This document shows, piece after piece, positions 17,869 through 27,294 of a DNA stretch of 64,000 bases. The notes below the pieces were generated by a model. The model was not told the origin of the DNA, did no database searches, and saw nothing but the letters and a program-made list of their open reading frames with translations. The position numbers were made by a program, and so were the translations under genes. Within the stretch, counting starts at the first letter, position 1, and each line of letters begins with the position of its first letter. The stretch is from Patescibacteria group bacterium (GTDB taxonomy: Bacteria; Patescibacteriota; Microgenomatia; UBA8517): positions 7,033-71,032 of the forward strand of contig DATFUL010000002.1 of NCBI GenBank assembly GCA_035260845.1, in the 5' to 3' direction.

Positions 17869-19248
17869 TCAAAGTGTGTTTTTTATCTTCAACATATCCT
17901 CACGAATATGCACATCTGTTGTGGCTAGTTGTGTAATTTTATTCACAGCATGCATGACAGTTGAATGGTCGCGGTTTCCAACTAGCCTACCAACTTCCTC
18001 AAAGGCAATTCCAAGCTGGGTCCTAAGGAGATACATCAGCATTTGTCGGGGGCGGGCAACTTGGCGTGCTCTGGTGTCACTTAATATCAACCTTTTTCCT
18101 ATTTGATAGTATTTACAAACAGCCTCGATAGTTTGTTCTGGTGTACTTCTTGATGCTTTTCCATTTATTTCCTCCTTATGGCTTAGAGCTCCTTCGACTA
18201 AGTCTTTTGTAATAGGTAGTTTTTTAAGATGAACTTCGTTCATTATTTTTATTAAAACCCCCTCAATGTTCCTTGCACCTTCGGTATTGGCAGCAATCAT
18301 CTGTATTTGATCCATCTCCAGTGGAATTTTTCTTTCTTGAGACTTGATCTGTACAATTGCACATTTGAGCTCAAAGTCAGGTGGGGAAACGTCTACTATT
18401 AAACCCGCCTCAAAACGGCTTCTTAAACGGTCTTCAAGCTTAAATATTTCAGAAGGAGGCTTGTCAGCGGTCATTATTACCTGTCCCCCAGCCGAGGTCA
18501 CGGCATTGAAAGTATGAAAGAATTCTTCTTGTGCAGTTTCCTTACCTGCAATAAACTGAATGTCGTCGACCATTAAGAGGTTTAGTTTCCTGTATTTTTT
18601 CCTGACTTCGGGCGTGGTTTTGTTGCGGATCCCGTCAATTATGTCGTTCGTAAAGTCCTCGGCTGTACATGATAAAACCAAACTGTGTGGATCCCGAAGC
18701 AATGTAGAATGCCCAACAGCCTGCATAAGATGGGTTTTGCCAACTCCGACCCCACCCCAGATAAATAATGGGTTGTATGCCGTTCCCAAGCTTTCAGAAA
18801 CAGCCAATGCTGCTGCGTGGGCCATTTGATTACTTCCCGAAACTGCAAAATTCTCAAAAGTAAAACTTGGTTTAATCCGTGACGTTCTAAGAACCTCGAT
18901 AAACTCTCTATCATCCTTTTTATTTTCAAATAACGGCGCTTCGGTTTCCTTACTTGGCTCAACTTTATCTAAGTTCTCTTTTACTATAAAAGTGACATCA
19001 CACGTTTTACCCACCACCTTATTCAAAGAGTCTTGGATTAAACCAAAATATCTTGATTCTATTGTGTTTTTGGCAAAAGAGGTCGGACAGCCAATTTCAA
19101 CAACTACCCTGTCCCCCACCTCATTTAAGCTTGCAATATGCGTTTTTGAAAACCAGGTAGAAAATATAGCCGGAGACACAGAAACTTTAATTATTTCTAA
19201 AGTGTCTTTCCAGGAAGTTTTTGGATCTATATTCATTGTTAATAACAA
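17869..19248 (-). CDS. dnaA: chromosomal replication initiator protein DnaA
   Basis: 459 aa. Walker A GGVGVGKTHLMQAVGH. Walker B LLMVDDIQFIAGKETAQEEFFHTFNA. C-terminal DNA-binding domain ...LSDTRARQVARPRQMLMYLLRTQLGIAFEEVGRLVGNRDHSTVMHA. Confidence 0.95.
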   Translation of the reverse strand: MLLTMNIDPKTSWKDTLEIIKVSVSPAIFSTWFSKTHIASLNEVGDRVVVEIGCPTSFAKNTIESRYFGLIQDSLNKVVGKTCDVTFIVKENLDKVEPSKETEAPLFENKKDDREFIEVLRTSRIKPSFTFENFAVSGSNQMAHAAALAVSESLGTAYNPLFIWGGVGVGKTHLMQAVGHSTLLRDPHSLVLSCTAEDFTNDIIDGIRNKTTPEVRKKYRKLNLLMVDDIQFIAGKETAQEEFFHTFNAVTSAGGQVIMTADKPPSEIFKLEDRLRSRFEAGLIVDVSPPDFELKCAIVQIKSQERKIPLEMDQIQMIAANTEGARNIEGVLIKIMNEVHLKKLPITKDLVEGALSHKEEINGKASRSTPEQTIEAVCKYYQIGKRLILSDTRARQVARPRQMLMYLLRTQLGIAFEEVGRLVGNRDHSTVMHAVNKITQLATTDVHIREDMLKIKNTL

Positions 19249-19390
19249 GGCACTTAGAAGAGAAAGGAGCAGTTTTTACTTTTGCTATGTGCTTTGTACT
19301 CTGTACTATTTACAAAGTTATCCACAATGAGTCAAGGGGCAAATTGTTAAATGGTTGATTAGTTAATTGGTTAATTGGTATAATAGCGTT
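19249..19390. promoter_or_regulatory. dnaA upstream region: perfect DnaA box plus sigma70-like promoter for rpmH
   Basis: TTATCCACA at 19318-19326. TTGATT (19355-19360), 18-nt spacer, then TATAAT (19379-19384) ending only 6 nt before the rpmH ATG at 19391. Confidence 0.6.
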
Positions 19391-19531
19391 ATGTCTACAA
19401 AGAGAACTTATCAACCAAGTAAAACAAAAAGGCGAAATACCCACGGTTTTATGTCTAGAATGAAGACTGTTAGCGGTCGCAATGTTCTAAAAAGAAGGAG
19501 ACTTAAAGGTAGAAAAGTCTTAGCCGTCTGA
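19391..19531 (+). CDS. rpmH: 50S ribosomal protein L34
   Basis: Manual translation gives [46 protein letters not shown] (46 aa), the canonical L34 pattern. It is absent from the ORF track because it is under 60 aa. It immediately precedes rnpA. Confidence 0.9.
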   Translation: MSTKRTYQPSKTKRRNTHGFMSRMKTVSGRNVLKRRRLKGRKVLAV

Positions 19532-19548
19532 TCTTCAATTTTAATTAA

Positions 19549-19893
19549 ATGTTAGCAAAAAAATACAGACTCACAGGTTCGGGGGACTTTGCAAAAGTTC
19601 AGTCATTGGGCACGACCTTCCAATCAACTAATTTTGGTATAGCTGTTTTAGATAGGAAGGATGCAAATCCACCCAGGTTTGCTTTTATTATTTCAACCAA
19701 GATTGCCAAAGACGCGGTTGATAGAAACACAATTAGACGCCATATGAGCGAAACTGTAAGACTTATGACCTCTGAAGTAAAAAATGGCCTTGATGTGGTG
19801 TTTTTAGCTAAAACGAGCATAATGCGCATTCCGGCTGACGCGATTGTCCGTGAAGTAAGAACAGCAGTCCGGACTTGTGGAATAACTAAATAA
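19549..19893 (+). CDS. rnpA: ribonuclease P protein component
   Basis: 114 aa. Basic protein downstream of rpmH with an RnpA-like core FGIAVLDRKDANPPRFAFIISTKIAKDAVDRNTIRRHM. Confidence 0.85.
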   Translation: MLAKKYRLTGSGDFAKVQSLGTTFQSTNFGIAVLDRKDANPPRFAFIISTKIAKDAVDRNTIRRHMSETVRLMTSEVKNGLDVVFLAKTSIMRIPADAIVREVRTAVRTCGITK

Positions 19894-20121
19894 ATGAAGG
19901 CTTTGTTAATTTTTTTAATAAAATCTTATAAGAAAGTTGTTTCACCAGTTTTTGAAGTTTTGTTTGGAAAAGCTTGCAGGTTTACACCAACCTGTTCCGA
20001 GTATACAATTGAGGCTCTTGAAAAATTTGGAGCAAGTAGGGGAGTCGCGCTTGGAGCTAAAAGATTTTTAAGATGCCACCCTTGGGGAGGCTTAGGATTT
20101 GATCCGGTACCAAATAAATGA
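19894..20121 (+). CDS. yidD: membrane protein insertion efficiency factor YidD
   Basis: 75 aa. [66 protein letters not shown] has the conserved C-F-PTCS-Y...R-CHP-GG-G-DPVP signature. Confidence 0.95.
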   Translation: MKALLIFLIKSYKKVVSPVFEVLFGKACRFTPTCSEYTIEALEKFGASRGVALGAKRFLRCHPWGGLGFDPVPNK

Positions 20122-20954
20122 ATATTTTTTCAACCATATTAACTCAACCATTAGCCAATGGCTTGATTCTTTTTTACAACTTCTTTGGCCACAACTTGGG
20201 GGTAGCCACAATTTTATTTAGCTCATTCTTGTTTTTGATTACACGTCCTTTGAGTAAACCCCAGATGGACTCAATGAAGAAAATTAAATCAGTCCAACCA
20301 TTGGTCGATAAACTTAAAAAGAAGTATGGGACAGATAAAATGGCATTCCAAAAAGCTCAAGCCGAGCTTTACAAGCAAAAGGGTATTAACCCGGGGGCCG
20401 GATGCTTGTTTCAGATTTTACAACTGGTTATATTAATTACTTTTTACCAAGTTTTTGCCACCTCTTTATCGAATAATGCCCAATCAATTGCCAAATTGAA
20501 TGCGCTTTTATATACACCTCTTAAAATTGCTTCTGAATCTACTCTTAATACAAGTTTTCTTTATTTAAACATTAGTAAGCCCGACCTCTTTAATATTCCA
20601 AGCCTTCCATTTGGTATTCCTGGAGTTTTCTTGATTTTGGCTACAATCTCACAATTTTTGTCAATTAAAATCACAGCTCCTTTTGTTGAAGCAGAAAAGA
20701 AAGTTGTCAAGTCAACAAAGAGTGAAACTGACGACATGCAGCTTGCCATGAGTTCATCTATGATGTACACAGTTCCTTTAATGACTTTGTATTTTGGTTA
20801 TAAATTTCCATCGGGCCTGGCCCTTTATTGGTTAGTTTTTTCGATTGGAACAGTTTGGCAACAGGTTGCCAATAATGGTTGGGGCAGTCTGACCCCTTTT
20901 ATTCGCCGCATTGGTCTGCTACAATCAAGCCTCAAGAATGGAAAAAAGAGTTAA
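20118..20954 (+). CDS. yidC: membrane protein insertase YidC/Oxa1 family (short form)
   Basis: 278 aa with 5 TM segments. [67 protein letters not shown]. Conserved yidD-yidC order. Confidence 0.9.
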   Translation: MNIFSTILTQPLANGLILFYNFFGHNLGVATILFSSFLFLITRPLSKPQMDSMKKIKSVQPLVDKLKKKYGTDKMAFQKAQAELYKQKGINPGAGCLFQILQLVILITFYQVFATSLSNNAQSIAKLNALLYTPLKIASESTLNTSFLYLNISKPDLFNIPSLPFGIPGVFLILATISQFLSIKITAPFVEAEKKVVKSTKSETDDMQLAMSSSMMYTVPLMTLYFGYKFPSGLALYWLVFSIGTVWQQVANNGWGSLTPFIRRIGLLQSSLKNGKKS

Positions 20955-21399
20955 AGACCTCAAAGGTATTACAGACGAGCTATTAACCTTAATGGGGACA
21001 AAAGCTACCGCTAACGTGTCATATGATGAAACGAATAAATCATACTTAGTTAATATTGATGGGGGAGACGAAACAGGACTTTTGATTGGTAAAAAAGGGG
21101 AGACACTTTTGAGTTTACAAACAATATTAGGCATTCTTCTTAAAAATGGATCTGATGAGTGGGAGAGAGTTACAGTCAACGTTGGTGACTATTTGGAAAA
21201 AGAGGAAGATTATCTTAAAAACCTTGCCGACAGTGCCGCCTCCCGTGCAAAAGAAACTGGAGAACCACAAAGTTTATATAACTTAAAACCAAACCAAAGA
21301 AGAATAATCCATATGATTCTCTCAGAAGACAAAGAAATTGTTACCGAATCAGTAGGGGAGGGAGAAGAGAGATATTTAGTTGTAAGAATTAAAAAGTAA
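20938..21399 (+). CDS. jag: KhpB/Jag (EloR) RNA-binding protein with KH and R3H domains
   Basis: KH-like LIGKKGETLLSLQTILGILL. R3H-like NLKPNQRRIIHMILSEDKEIVTESVGEGEERYLVVRIKK. ATG at 20938 is preferred over the TTG at 20911 used by the ORF track. It overlaps the yidC 3' end. Confidence 0.8.
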   Translation: MEKRVKDLKGITDELLTLMGTKATANVSYDETNKSYLVNIDGGDETGLLIGKKGETLLSLQTILGILLKNGSDEWERVTVNVGDYLEKEEDYLKNLADSAASRAKETGEPQSLYNLKPNQRRIIHMILSEDKEIVTESVGEGEERYLVVRIKK

Positions 21400-21468
21400 C
21401 TTTAATTCTTGGCACTAGATTCTAGAAATTCTATTGTGAAAGCCTCCAAATAGAGTAAAATCCAATAA

Positions 21469-22719
21469 GTGATCAAGTATGTTAAATCCCTTGAAAAATA
21501 TTTAGTATTCTTTCTCATCTTTTTACTTCCAACCCAGCTTGCTTACCATTTTTGGCCCCAATCGGCTTTTGTTTTTGGAATAAGGGTGGACTTACTTTCT
21601 CCAAGTATTTATTTAACAGACATTTTAATAGTTGGCCTCTTTTTAACTAAAGTTGTTGGGGATGTTGGTTTTTTGAGGCCACTTAAAAAGTACAAAAATC
21701 TATTACTCTTCATACTACTTTTTGTGATTATAAATAGTCTTTTTTCAATCACCCCTGCTGTCAGTGTCTACAAATGGTTTAAGGTTGTTGAGATGTCGTT
21801 TGTAACTTTATATTTTTCTAAACAAAATTTAGTTGAGTTTTCATCCATAACTAAAAGTTTATTTTATTCATCAATATTCTTCTCCCTGATTGGAATTATC
21901 CAATTCTTTAAAGGTGGCACAATTGGTGGACTCTTTTACTATTTAGGTGAGCGGAGTTTTAATTTGGGTTCCCCTGGAATTGCTCTTGTTAGTTTGGGAG
22001 GAGCCCTATACCTTAGAGCATACTCAACATTTTCTCATCCAAACTCTTTGGCGGGTTTTTTGGGAGTAATAACTCTTTTAATACTTTTAAGTGGAAAATT
22101 AAGAAAGACGCCAAGCAATATTTTAGGACTATTAATAATTCTTAGTTGTTTTATTTTATCTTTTTCCATCTCTGCTTATTTAGGTGTATTTTTATCGTTC
22201 GCTCTTTATCTGTTTTCTAAGAATAAAAAGGTTTTTAAATTTATAGTTCTGACGTTTCTTTTTTTATCAATCATTGGTAGCCTTTTATTACCAATAATGT
22301 CTCCGTGGATTTTGAAGACATTTGCTTTGAATGCTCAAAACATAACCGAGAGACTTAATCTTTCGTATATTGCAGGTAAAGTAATAAGCCACCATTTCTT
22401 GCTTGGGGCAGGCCTTGGAACTTTTATTATAAACATACCCATGTTTAGAGGAATTTTTTCTTACTCATGGATTCTTCAGCCGGTTCATAATATTTATCTT
22501 TTGGTCTTTTCGGAGGCGGGAATAATTGCCTTTTTAACTTTTTGTTATTTAATATATAAAGTATTAATGAATGGTTTAAAAAAGAATAAACTATATTTGC
22601 TACTGCCACTTATATTTATTTTATTTACAGGTCTTTTTGACCATTATTGGTTAACGCTTCAACAAAACCTGATCTTAGTATCGCTTCTTCTTGGTTTATC
22701 GTTTAGAATAACGACATAA
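21469..22719 (+). CDS. O-antigen ligase (Wzy_C)-family polytopic membrane protein
   Basis: 416 aa with about 10 TM helices. It has an internal loop and the motif ILQPVHNIYLLVFSEAGIIAFL (HN-YL---E-G--G), typical of the O-antigen ligase/Wzy_C family. Confidence 0.55.
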   Translation: MIKYVKSLEKYLVFFLIFLLPTQLAYHFWPQSAFVFGIRVDLLSPSIYLTDILIVGLFLTKVVGDVGFLRPLKKYKNLLLFILLFVIINSLFSITPAVSVYKWFKVVEMSFVTLYFSKQNLVEFSSITKSLFYSSIFFSLIGIIQFFKGGTIGGLFYYLGERSFNLGSPGIALVSLGGALYLRAYSTFSHPNSLAGFLGVITLLILLSGKLRKTPSNILGLLIILSCFILSFSISAYLGVFLSFALYLFSKNKKVFKFIVLTFLFLSIIGSLLLPIMSPWILKTFALNAQNITERLNLSYIAGKVISHHFLLGAGLGTFIINIPMFRGIFSYSWILQPVHNIYLLVFSEAGIIAFLTFCYLIYKVLMNGLKKNKLYLLLPLIFILFTGLFDHYWLTLQQNLILVSLLLGLSFRITT

Positions 22720-22725
22720 CAAAAC

Positions 22726-23139
22726 ATGGAAAAGCAGCTAGTAATTCATACAGATGGTGGGTCTCGCGGTAATCCCGGCCCTGCTGCTTGCGCTTTTGTT
22801 GCTGAAGAAAATGGTGTCGAAATATTTAAAGCCTCAAAATATTTAGCAGCTAAAACAAATAATTTTGCAGAATACAGTGGAGTGATATTGGCGCTTAAAT
22901 GGTTAGAAGAGAAAGCCATACAAACTTCACAAGTAACATTTTATCTTGACTCGGAATTAGTAGTTAAACAGATAAATGGAATTTATAAGGTGAAGGATGA
23001 AAATCTTAGAAATCTATTTTTTGAAATTTTAACGCTAATAAAAAAATTAGGAAATAGTTTTGTCTTCAAAAATGTTCCACGCGAAAAAAACAAGGAGGCA
23101 GACCTTTTAGTTAATTTAGAACTGGACAAGTCCCACTGA
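22726..23139 (+). CDS. rnhA: ribonuclease HI
   Basis: 137 aa. IHTDGGSRGNPGPAACAFVAEENG...NNFAEYSGVILALKW...FYLDSELVVKQING is the RNase H DEDD-fold signature (DGG-RGNPGPA, AEY, D-SELVV). Confidence 0.85.
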   Translation: MEKQLVIHTDGGSRGNPGPAACAFVAEENGVEIFKASKYLAAKTNNFAEYSGVILALKWLEEKAIQTSQVTFYLDSELVVKQINGIYKVKDENLRNLFFEILTLIKKLGNSFVFKNVPREKNKEADLLVNLELDKSH

Positions 23140-23256
23140 TTTTTTTCGGTACAATTTTCGGTGTGAAAGTTTCACGTCCTGAATTATATTCAGAAGTTTA
23201 CTCAAATCCGTTTGTTAATTTAAATACCATGCAGTTGCGGTAAAATAATACAAGAC

Positions 23257-25857
23257 ATGAACACGGATTCAAAACTGCGGGTCATACTCTTTTCTGATCC
23301 AAACTTTTTGGCTATTAATATTTTAGAGACTCTCCTTTCTAAAAATTGTTTAGTTAGTGTTGTTTCCGATGATCTTAATAAATGGCAAGAAAGAACCAAA
23401 CAAATCGCAACCAACTCCAGATTCTCGTTTGTAAAAATTTCAGAATATAAAAACCTTGATAATTTTTCCTACGCAATTTTTTGTGGAGGATTTTTAAATA
23501 AAGAAAGTATTACTGAGGACTTTAAGAAGTTCATTACAAATAAAAACTTTGGTACCGCAAAAACTCTGGCAATATTTCCATTTGAAACATTCTCCTTAAA
23601 AATCAGTAGCAAAATTGCTATCAGCGATAACGCCGGGATTATCTATTTGGGCGACCTTATGGGTCCAAGAATTGACCTTAATAGTAACCTTTTACTGCCA
23701 ACTCTTATAAGTGAAATGCTAACTAAAAGAACTGTGACTCTCCCTGTGGGGGAAATATTTTATCCAGTATTTATAACTGATGCAGCAAAAACAATTGTTA
23801 AGTGGTTATTATCATTTGGGCCCTACGGCCGTGACACTTTCCTTTTGGGGAGACAGTTTTCTAGCAGTGATTTTTGGAAACAAAACCTTAAATCATTCCC
23901 CGACCTGAAAGTTCTTTACGACACAAAACTCGAAACAAGATTTATTCCAAAAGGGTACGATATCCATTTTATTAACTCCAACCTTAATATTTGCTTGAAC
24001 GAGACTTACAGATGGTTAATTGGAACAAAAACCGTTCAGCAAAAAGAAAAAGTTAAAAAACCAAGAAAGTATAAATTTTTGCGCCCAGTAATTACCTCAA
24101 TACTTTTTATTCTTTTCTTGCCATTTATAACATCACTTATATCTGGAACTTTTCTATATTTTTCATACAAGCAATTTTTGCTTGAAAAAATTAGTAATGC
24201 ACAAAATTTAGTTTTATCTGCGAAAACAAGTTTTGTTGTTGGAAAAGCCGTGAGTGGGGTTTTGGGCAACATCCCATTATTGGGTAGAGTATATAAAGAA
24301 ACCTCCTATGTTTCAGAAGCAGGTGAAATCTTAACAGATATGTCACTGGCCATTATTCCAACAGCTGAGGATAGTCGCCAAATTTTAGGTAATGTACTGG
24401 GTGGGGGAATATTTGACCTAAAGGAGCCAGTATCACGTATAAAATTAAATTTGGATTATATTTACCAAGAACTTTCCTTTTTTGAGATCTTGACCAAAAA
24501 TTCTGTTGAGTCTGGTATTTTATCTGCAAAACAAGTTCAAGAACTTGTTGATTTTGATAAATTCAAAGATCTTTCACATGAAGGTGGCGTAATAGCCAAC
24601 AATCTGCCTTCAATTCTTGGAACTGAGGAGAACAAAAACTATTTAATACTTTTTGAGAATAATATGGAGCTAAGGCCCACTGGTGGGTTTATAGGTTCTT
24701 ATGGAGTTATTAACTTTGGAGGCGGAAAGATGAACGGTCTGACTGTTAATGATATTTATTCAGCAGACGGACAACTTAAAGGGCATATAGAACCCCCCGC
24801 TCCAATTAAAAACTATCTAAATGAAGCAAATTGGTGGTTTAGAGATAGTAATTGGGATCCTGATTTTCCCACATCATCCGAAAGAGCAGAGTGGTTTTTA
24901 AACAAAGAAATGGACCAAAAAGTGGATGGTGTTATTGCAATCGATTTGTCACCAATCAAAACAATCTTAAACTACACAGGTCCAATATTTTTACCGGATT
25001 ACAATTTAACAATTACTCCAGATAATTTATATGAAAAAACACAAGAAGAAGCCCAGGCGAACTCTTTCCCGGGATCTAGGCAAAAAGCTAGTTTTTTGAC
25101 AGCTTTATCAAGAACACTTATAGATCAAATAGTGAAAATGAATCCAAAAGACAGAGTCTTGGTACTAAAGGCTTTTTACGAAAGTTTGGAAGGGCGTCAC
25201 ATGCAAGTTTATTTACATGACAATAATGTTAGTAGTGCTCTAAATAAACTGGGTTGGGATGGCAAGATTCAATCTTATTCGTGCGGAGACGAGTGCTACT
25301 CGGATTTTGTTGGGGACGTTGAGGCAAACGTTGGGGTTAATAAATCCAATTATTTTGTAAAAAGACATCTTAATTTTAATGTTTCCTTTGATCCGCAAAA
25401 AATTACAAGGCAGATGACAATAGCTTTATCTAATTCTGCAAATTCGGCTCTCGGAGTATCTGGAATATACAAAAGCTATATTAGAATTATGATTCCGACA
25501 GACTCAAAATTGATTAGTGTAAATAGCCAGGCTGGGACAACTCAGATAAGCCTTAAACCAGAAATAACTCAAGAAAAGGGCCGCCAAGAAGTTGGAGTCT
25601 TGGTTGAAACAACCCCTGGGCAAAGTAAAAATATTGAGTTTGTTTGGCAAAACGATTTGCCTCAAAATCAAGTTAACAGTTATGGTCTTTTTGTCAGGAA
25701 ACAGGCAGGAGTTGAGGCAGATCCATTGTCCATTCAAGTTACAGGTATTGGTCAGATCGAAAGCCGTCCTGTTTTTTCCTTGACCGGGAACAGTGTTTAC
25801 ACGTATAATACGCTACTTAGCCAAGACTTCTTTGCCAGACTATCTTGGAATCATTAA
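23257..25857 (+). CDS. large membrane-anchored extracytoplasmic protein of unknown function (possibly DUF4012-like)
   Basis: 866 aa. Internal TM (ITSILFILFLPFITSLISGTFLYF). Conserved-looking block NNMELRPTGGFIGSYGVINFGGGKMNGLTVNDIYSADGQLKGHIEPPAP. The family name is a recollection, not verified. Confidence 0.45.
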   Translation: MNTDSKLRVILFSDPNFLAINILETLLSKNCLVSVVSDDLNKWQERTKQIATNSRFSFVKISEYKNLDNFSYAIFCGGFLNKESITEDFKKFITNKNFGTAKTLAIFPFETFSLKISSKIAISDNAGIIYLGDLMGPRIDLNSNLLLPTLISEMLTKRTVTLPVGEIFYPVFITDAAKTIVKWLLSFGPYGRDTFLLGRQFSSSDFWKQNLKSFPDLKVLYDTKLETRFIPKGYDIHFINSNLNICLNETYRWLIGTKTVQQKEKVKKPRKYKFLRPVITSILFILFLPFITSLISGTFLYFSYKQFLLEKISNAQNLVLSAKTSFVVGKAVSGVLGNIPLLGRVYKETSYVSEAGEILTDMSLAIIPTAEDSRQILGNVLGGGIFDLKEPVSRIKLNLDYIYQELSFFEILTKNSVESGILSAKQVQELVDFDKFKDLSHEGGVIANNLPSILGTEENKNYLILFENNMELRPTGGFIGSYGVINFGGGKMNGLTVNDIYSADGQLKGHIEPPAPIKNYLNEANWWFRDSNWDPDFPTSSERAEWFLNKEMDQKVDGVIAIDLSPIKTILNYTGPIFLPDYNLTITPDNLYEKTQEEAQANSFPGSRQKASFLTALSRTLIDQIVKMNPKDRVLVLKAFYESLEGRHMQVYLHDNNVSSALNKLGWDGKIQSYSCGDECYSDFVGDVEANVGVNKSNYFVKRHLNFNVSFDPQKITRQMTIALSNSANSALGVSGIYKSYIRIMIPTDSKLISVNSQAGTTQISLKPEITQEKGRQEVGVLVETTPGQSKNIEFVWQNDLPQNQVNSYGLFVRKQAGVEADPLSIQVTGIGQIESRPVFSLTGNSVYTYNTLLSQDFFARLSWNH

Positions 25858-26534
25858 AAATGGATAAGAAAATACTCAAAGCAGAAGAGAGAAAAATTAG
25901 CGGTAGAAAAGTAAAAACTATCAGAGTTGGTGGTTTTTTACCTGGGAATGTTTATGGTAAAAACATTAAATCGCTTTCAGTTCAAGTTGATAAAAAAGAA
26001 TTTGCTAGTGTTTATAAAGAAGTAGGGGAGACAGGACTTATTATGCTTCAGGTAGGTAAAGATGAACTTCCAGTTTTGGTCAATAATGTGCAAAAACACC
26101 CAATAACAGATGAATCTATTCATGTTGACTTTAGGCAGGTAGACCTTAAAGTTAAGGTTTCTGCAAAGGTTCCAGTTGAGGTTGTGGGTGAGTCTCCTGC
26201 AGAAAAACAGAGCATTGGTACTGTTGTTCAGTACTTAAACGAGGTTGAGGTTGAAGCCCTTCCAGCTGACCTTCCTGAGAAATTTGAAGTTGATACATCG
26301 AATCTTTCTGAAGTTGACCAAGCAATTCATGTAAAGGATTTGAAAGTTGATTCTTCAAAGATCGAAATTAAAACTAATCTAGAAGAGATTGTGGTTAAAG
26401 TCGATCCGCCTCAAAAAGAAGAAGAGGTTGTTGCTCCAATCGTTGCAGTTGGCGCGGAAGGTGAAGTTCCTGCCGAAGGCGCTATCCCAGCAGAAGGTGA
26501 AGCCACAGAAGCTCCAAAAGAAGAAGCAAAGTAA
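25845..26534 (+). CDS. rplY: 50S ribosomal protein L25 / general stress protein Ctc
   Basis: 229 aa. LKAEERKISGRKVKTIRVGGFLPGNVYGKNIKSLSVQVDKKEF...PVLVNNVQKHPITDESIHVDFRQV, with a C-terminal acidic extension. Confidence 0.85.
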   Translation: MESLKMDKKILKAEERKISGRKVKTIRVGGFLPGNVYGKNIKSLSVQVDKKEFASVYKEVGETGLIMLQVGKDELPVLVNNVQKHPITDESIHVDFRQVDLKVKVSAKVPVEVVGESPAEKQSIGTVVQYLNEVEVEALPADLPEKFEVDTSNLSEVDQAIHVKDLKVDSSKIEIKTNLEEIVVKVDPPQKEEEVVAPIVAVGAEGEVPAEGAIPAEGEATEAPKEEAK

Positions 26535-26538
26535 TCCA

Positions 26539-26802
26539 CTATTTTATTTCGTAGTTAGGATCAATTAATTTGGCTTTATCAACACTACCAGTTTCAATCC
26601 AACCCGGAATATAACTAGGATTTTTGTTTAGAAAATCGTTCCAAAAAACCTCTTCACTATTGTCGGTTTCTGTTCCCAGCACTCGGATTTGTTTAGGCTT
26701 TAAATAATTATCAAAATTGATTGATATTAGAAGAAGAATAACGAGGAAAGAAATGTAAATAAAAAGCTCTTTAGCATTTTTGTTGACCAATTTACTTAAC
26801 AT
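26539..26802 (-). CDS. small membrane protein, hypothetical
   Basis: 87 aa with an N-terminal TM (LFIYISFLVILLLISINF). No motif. Confidence 0.4.
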   Translation of the reverse strand: MLSKLVNKNAKELFIYISFLVILLLISINFDNYLKPKQIRVLGTETDNSEEVFWNDFLNKNPSYIPGWIETGSVDKAKLIDPNYEIK

Positions 26803-27294
26803 GTGATAATGTTAATATTAGACATGAATCCAACTGATAACAATCCACAAACAGAGAACGCTAACTTAGGTAAACTTGAAGAAGATTTAAACAAATTGAC
26901 TCAAGAAGCTGTGGTAACACCTTCTCCGACTCCCACTGAACCTACTAGCCCGCCACAAATAACTACTCCTTCTGTTGAACCAATGGATACTCCTCCTGCG
27001 CCACCCAATATTCCAGTCGAAACTCCAAAGAAAGGAAGCTCTGTTATGACAATCGCAATGATTCTATTAGTTGTCGCTTTAGTTGTCGCAATTGGCTACA
27101 TGGTCTATACAAAATTCTTTGTTCAAACCCCAACAACTCAAACAGTTATTCCAACTTATTTACCGACAAATACACCTATTCCAGTAGTCTCACCTCAAGC
27201 ATCGGATTCAGCAATTCCTTTGGTGACTCCGGCGGTCTCGCCAAGTGCTAGCGCCTCCCCCTCTGCAAGTGCTACACCTTTGGCCACGCCGTAA
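26803..27294 (+). CDS. Pro/Thr/Ser-rich single-pass membrane protein, hypothetical
   Basis: 163 aa. Low-complexity PTP/SPS repeats and a central TM (MTIAMILLVVALVVAIGYMVY). Its 3' end overlaps the valS 3' end on the opposite strand. Confidence 0.4.
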   Translation: MIMLILDMNPTDNNPQTENANLGKLEEDLNKLTQEAVVTPSPTPTEPTSPPQITTPSVEPMDTPPAPPNIPVETPKKGSSVMTIAMILLVVALVVAIGYMVYTKFFVQTPTTQTVIPTYLPTNTPIPVVSPQASDSAIPLVTPAVSPSASASPSASATPLATP

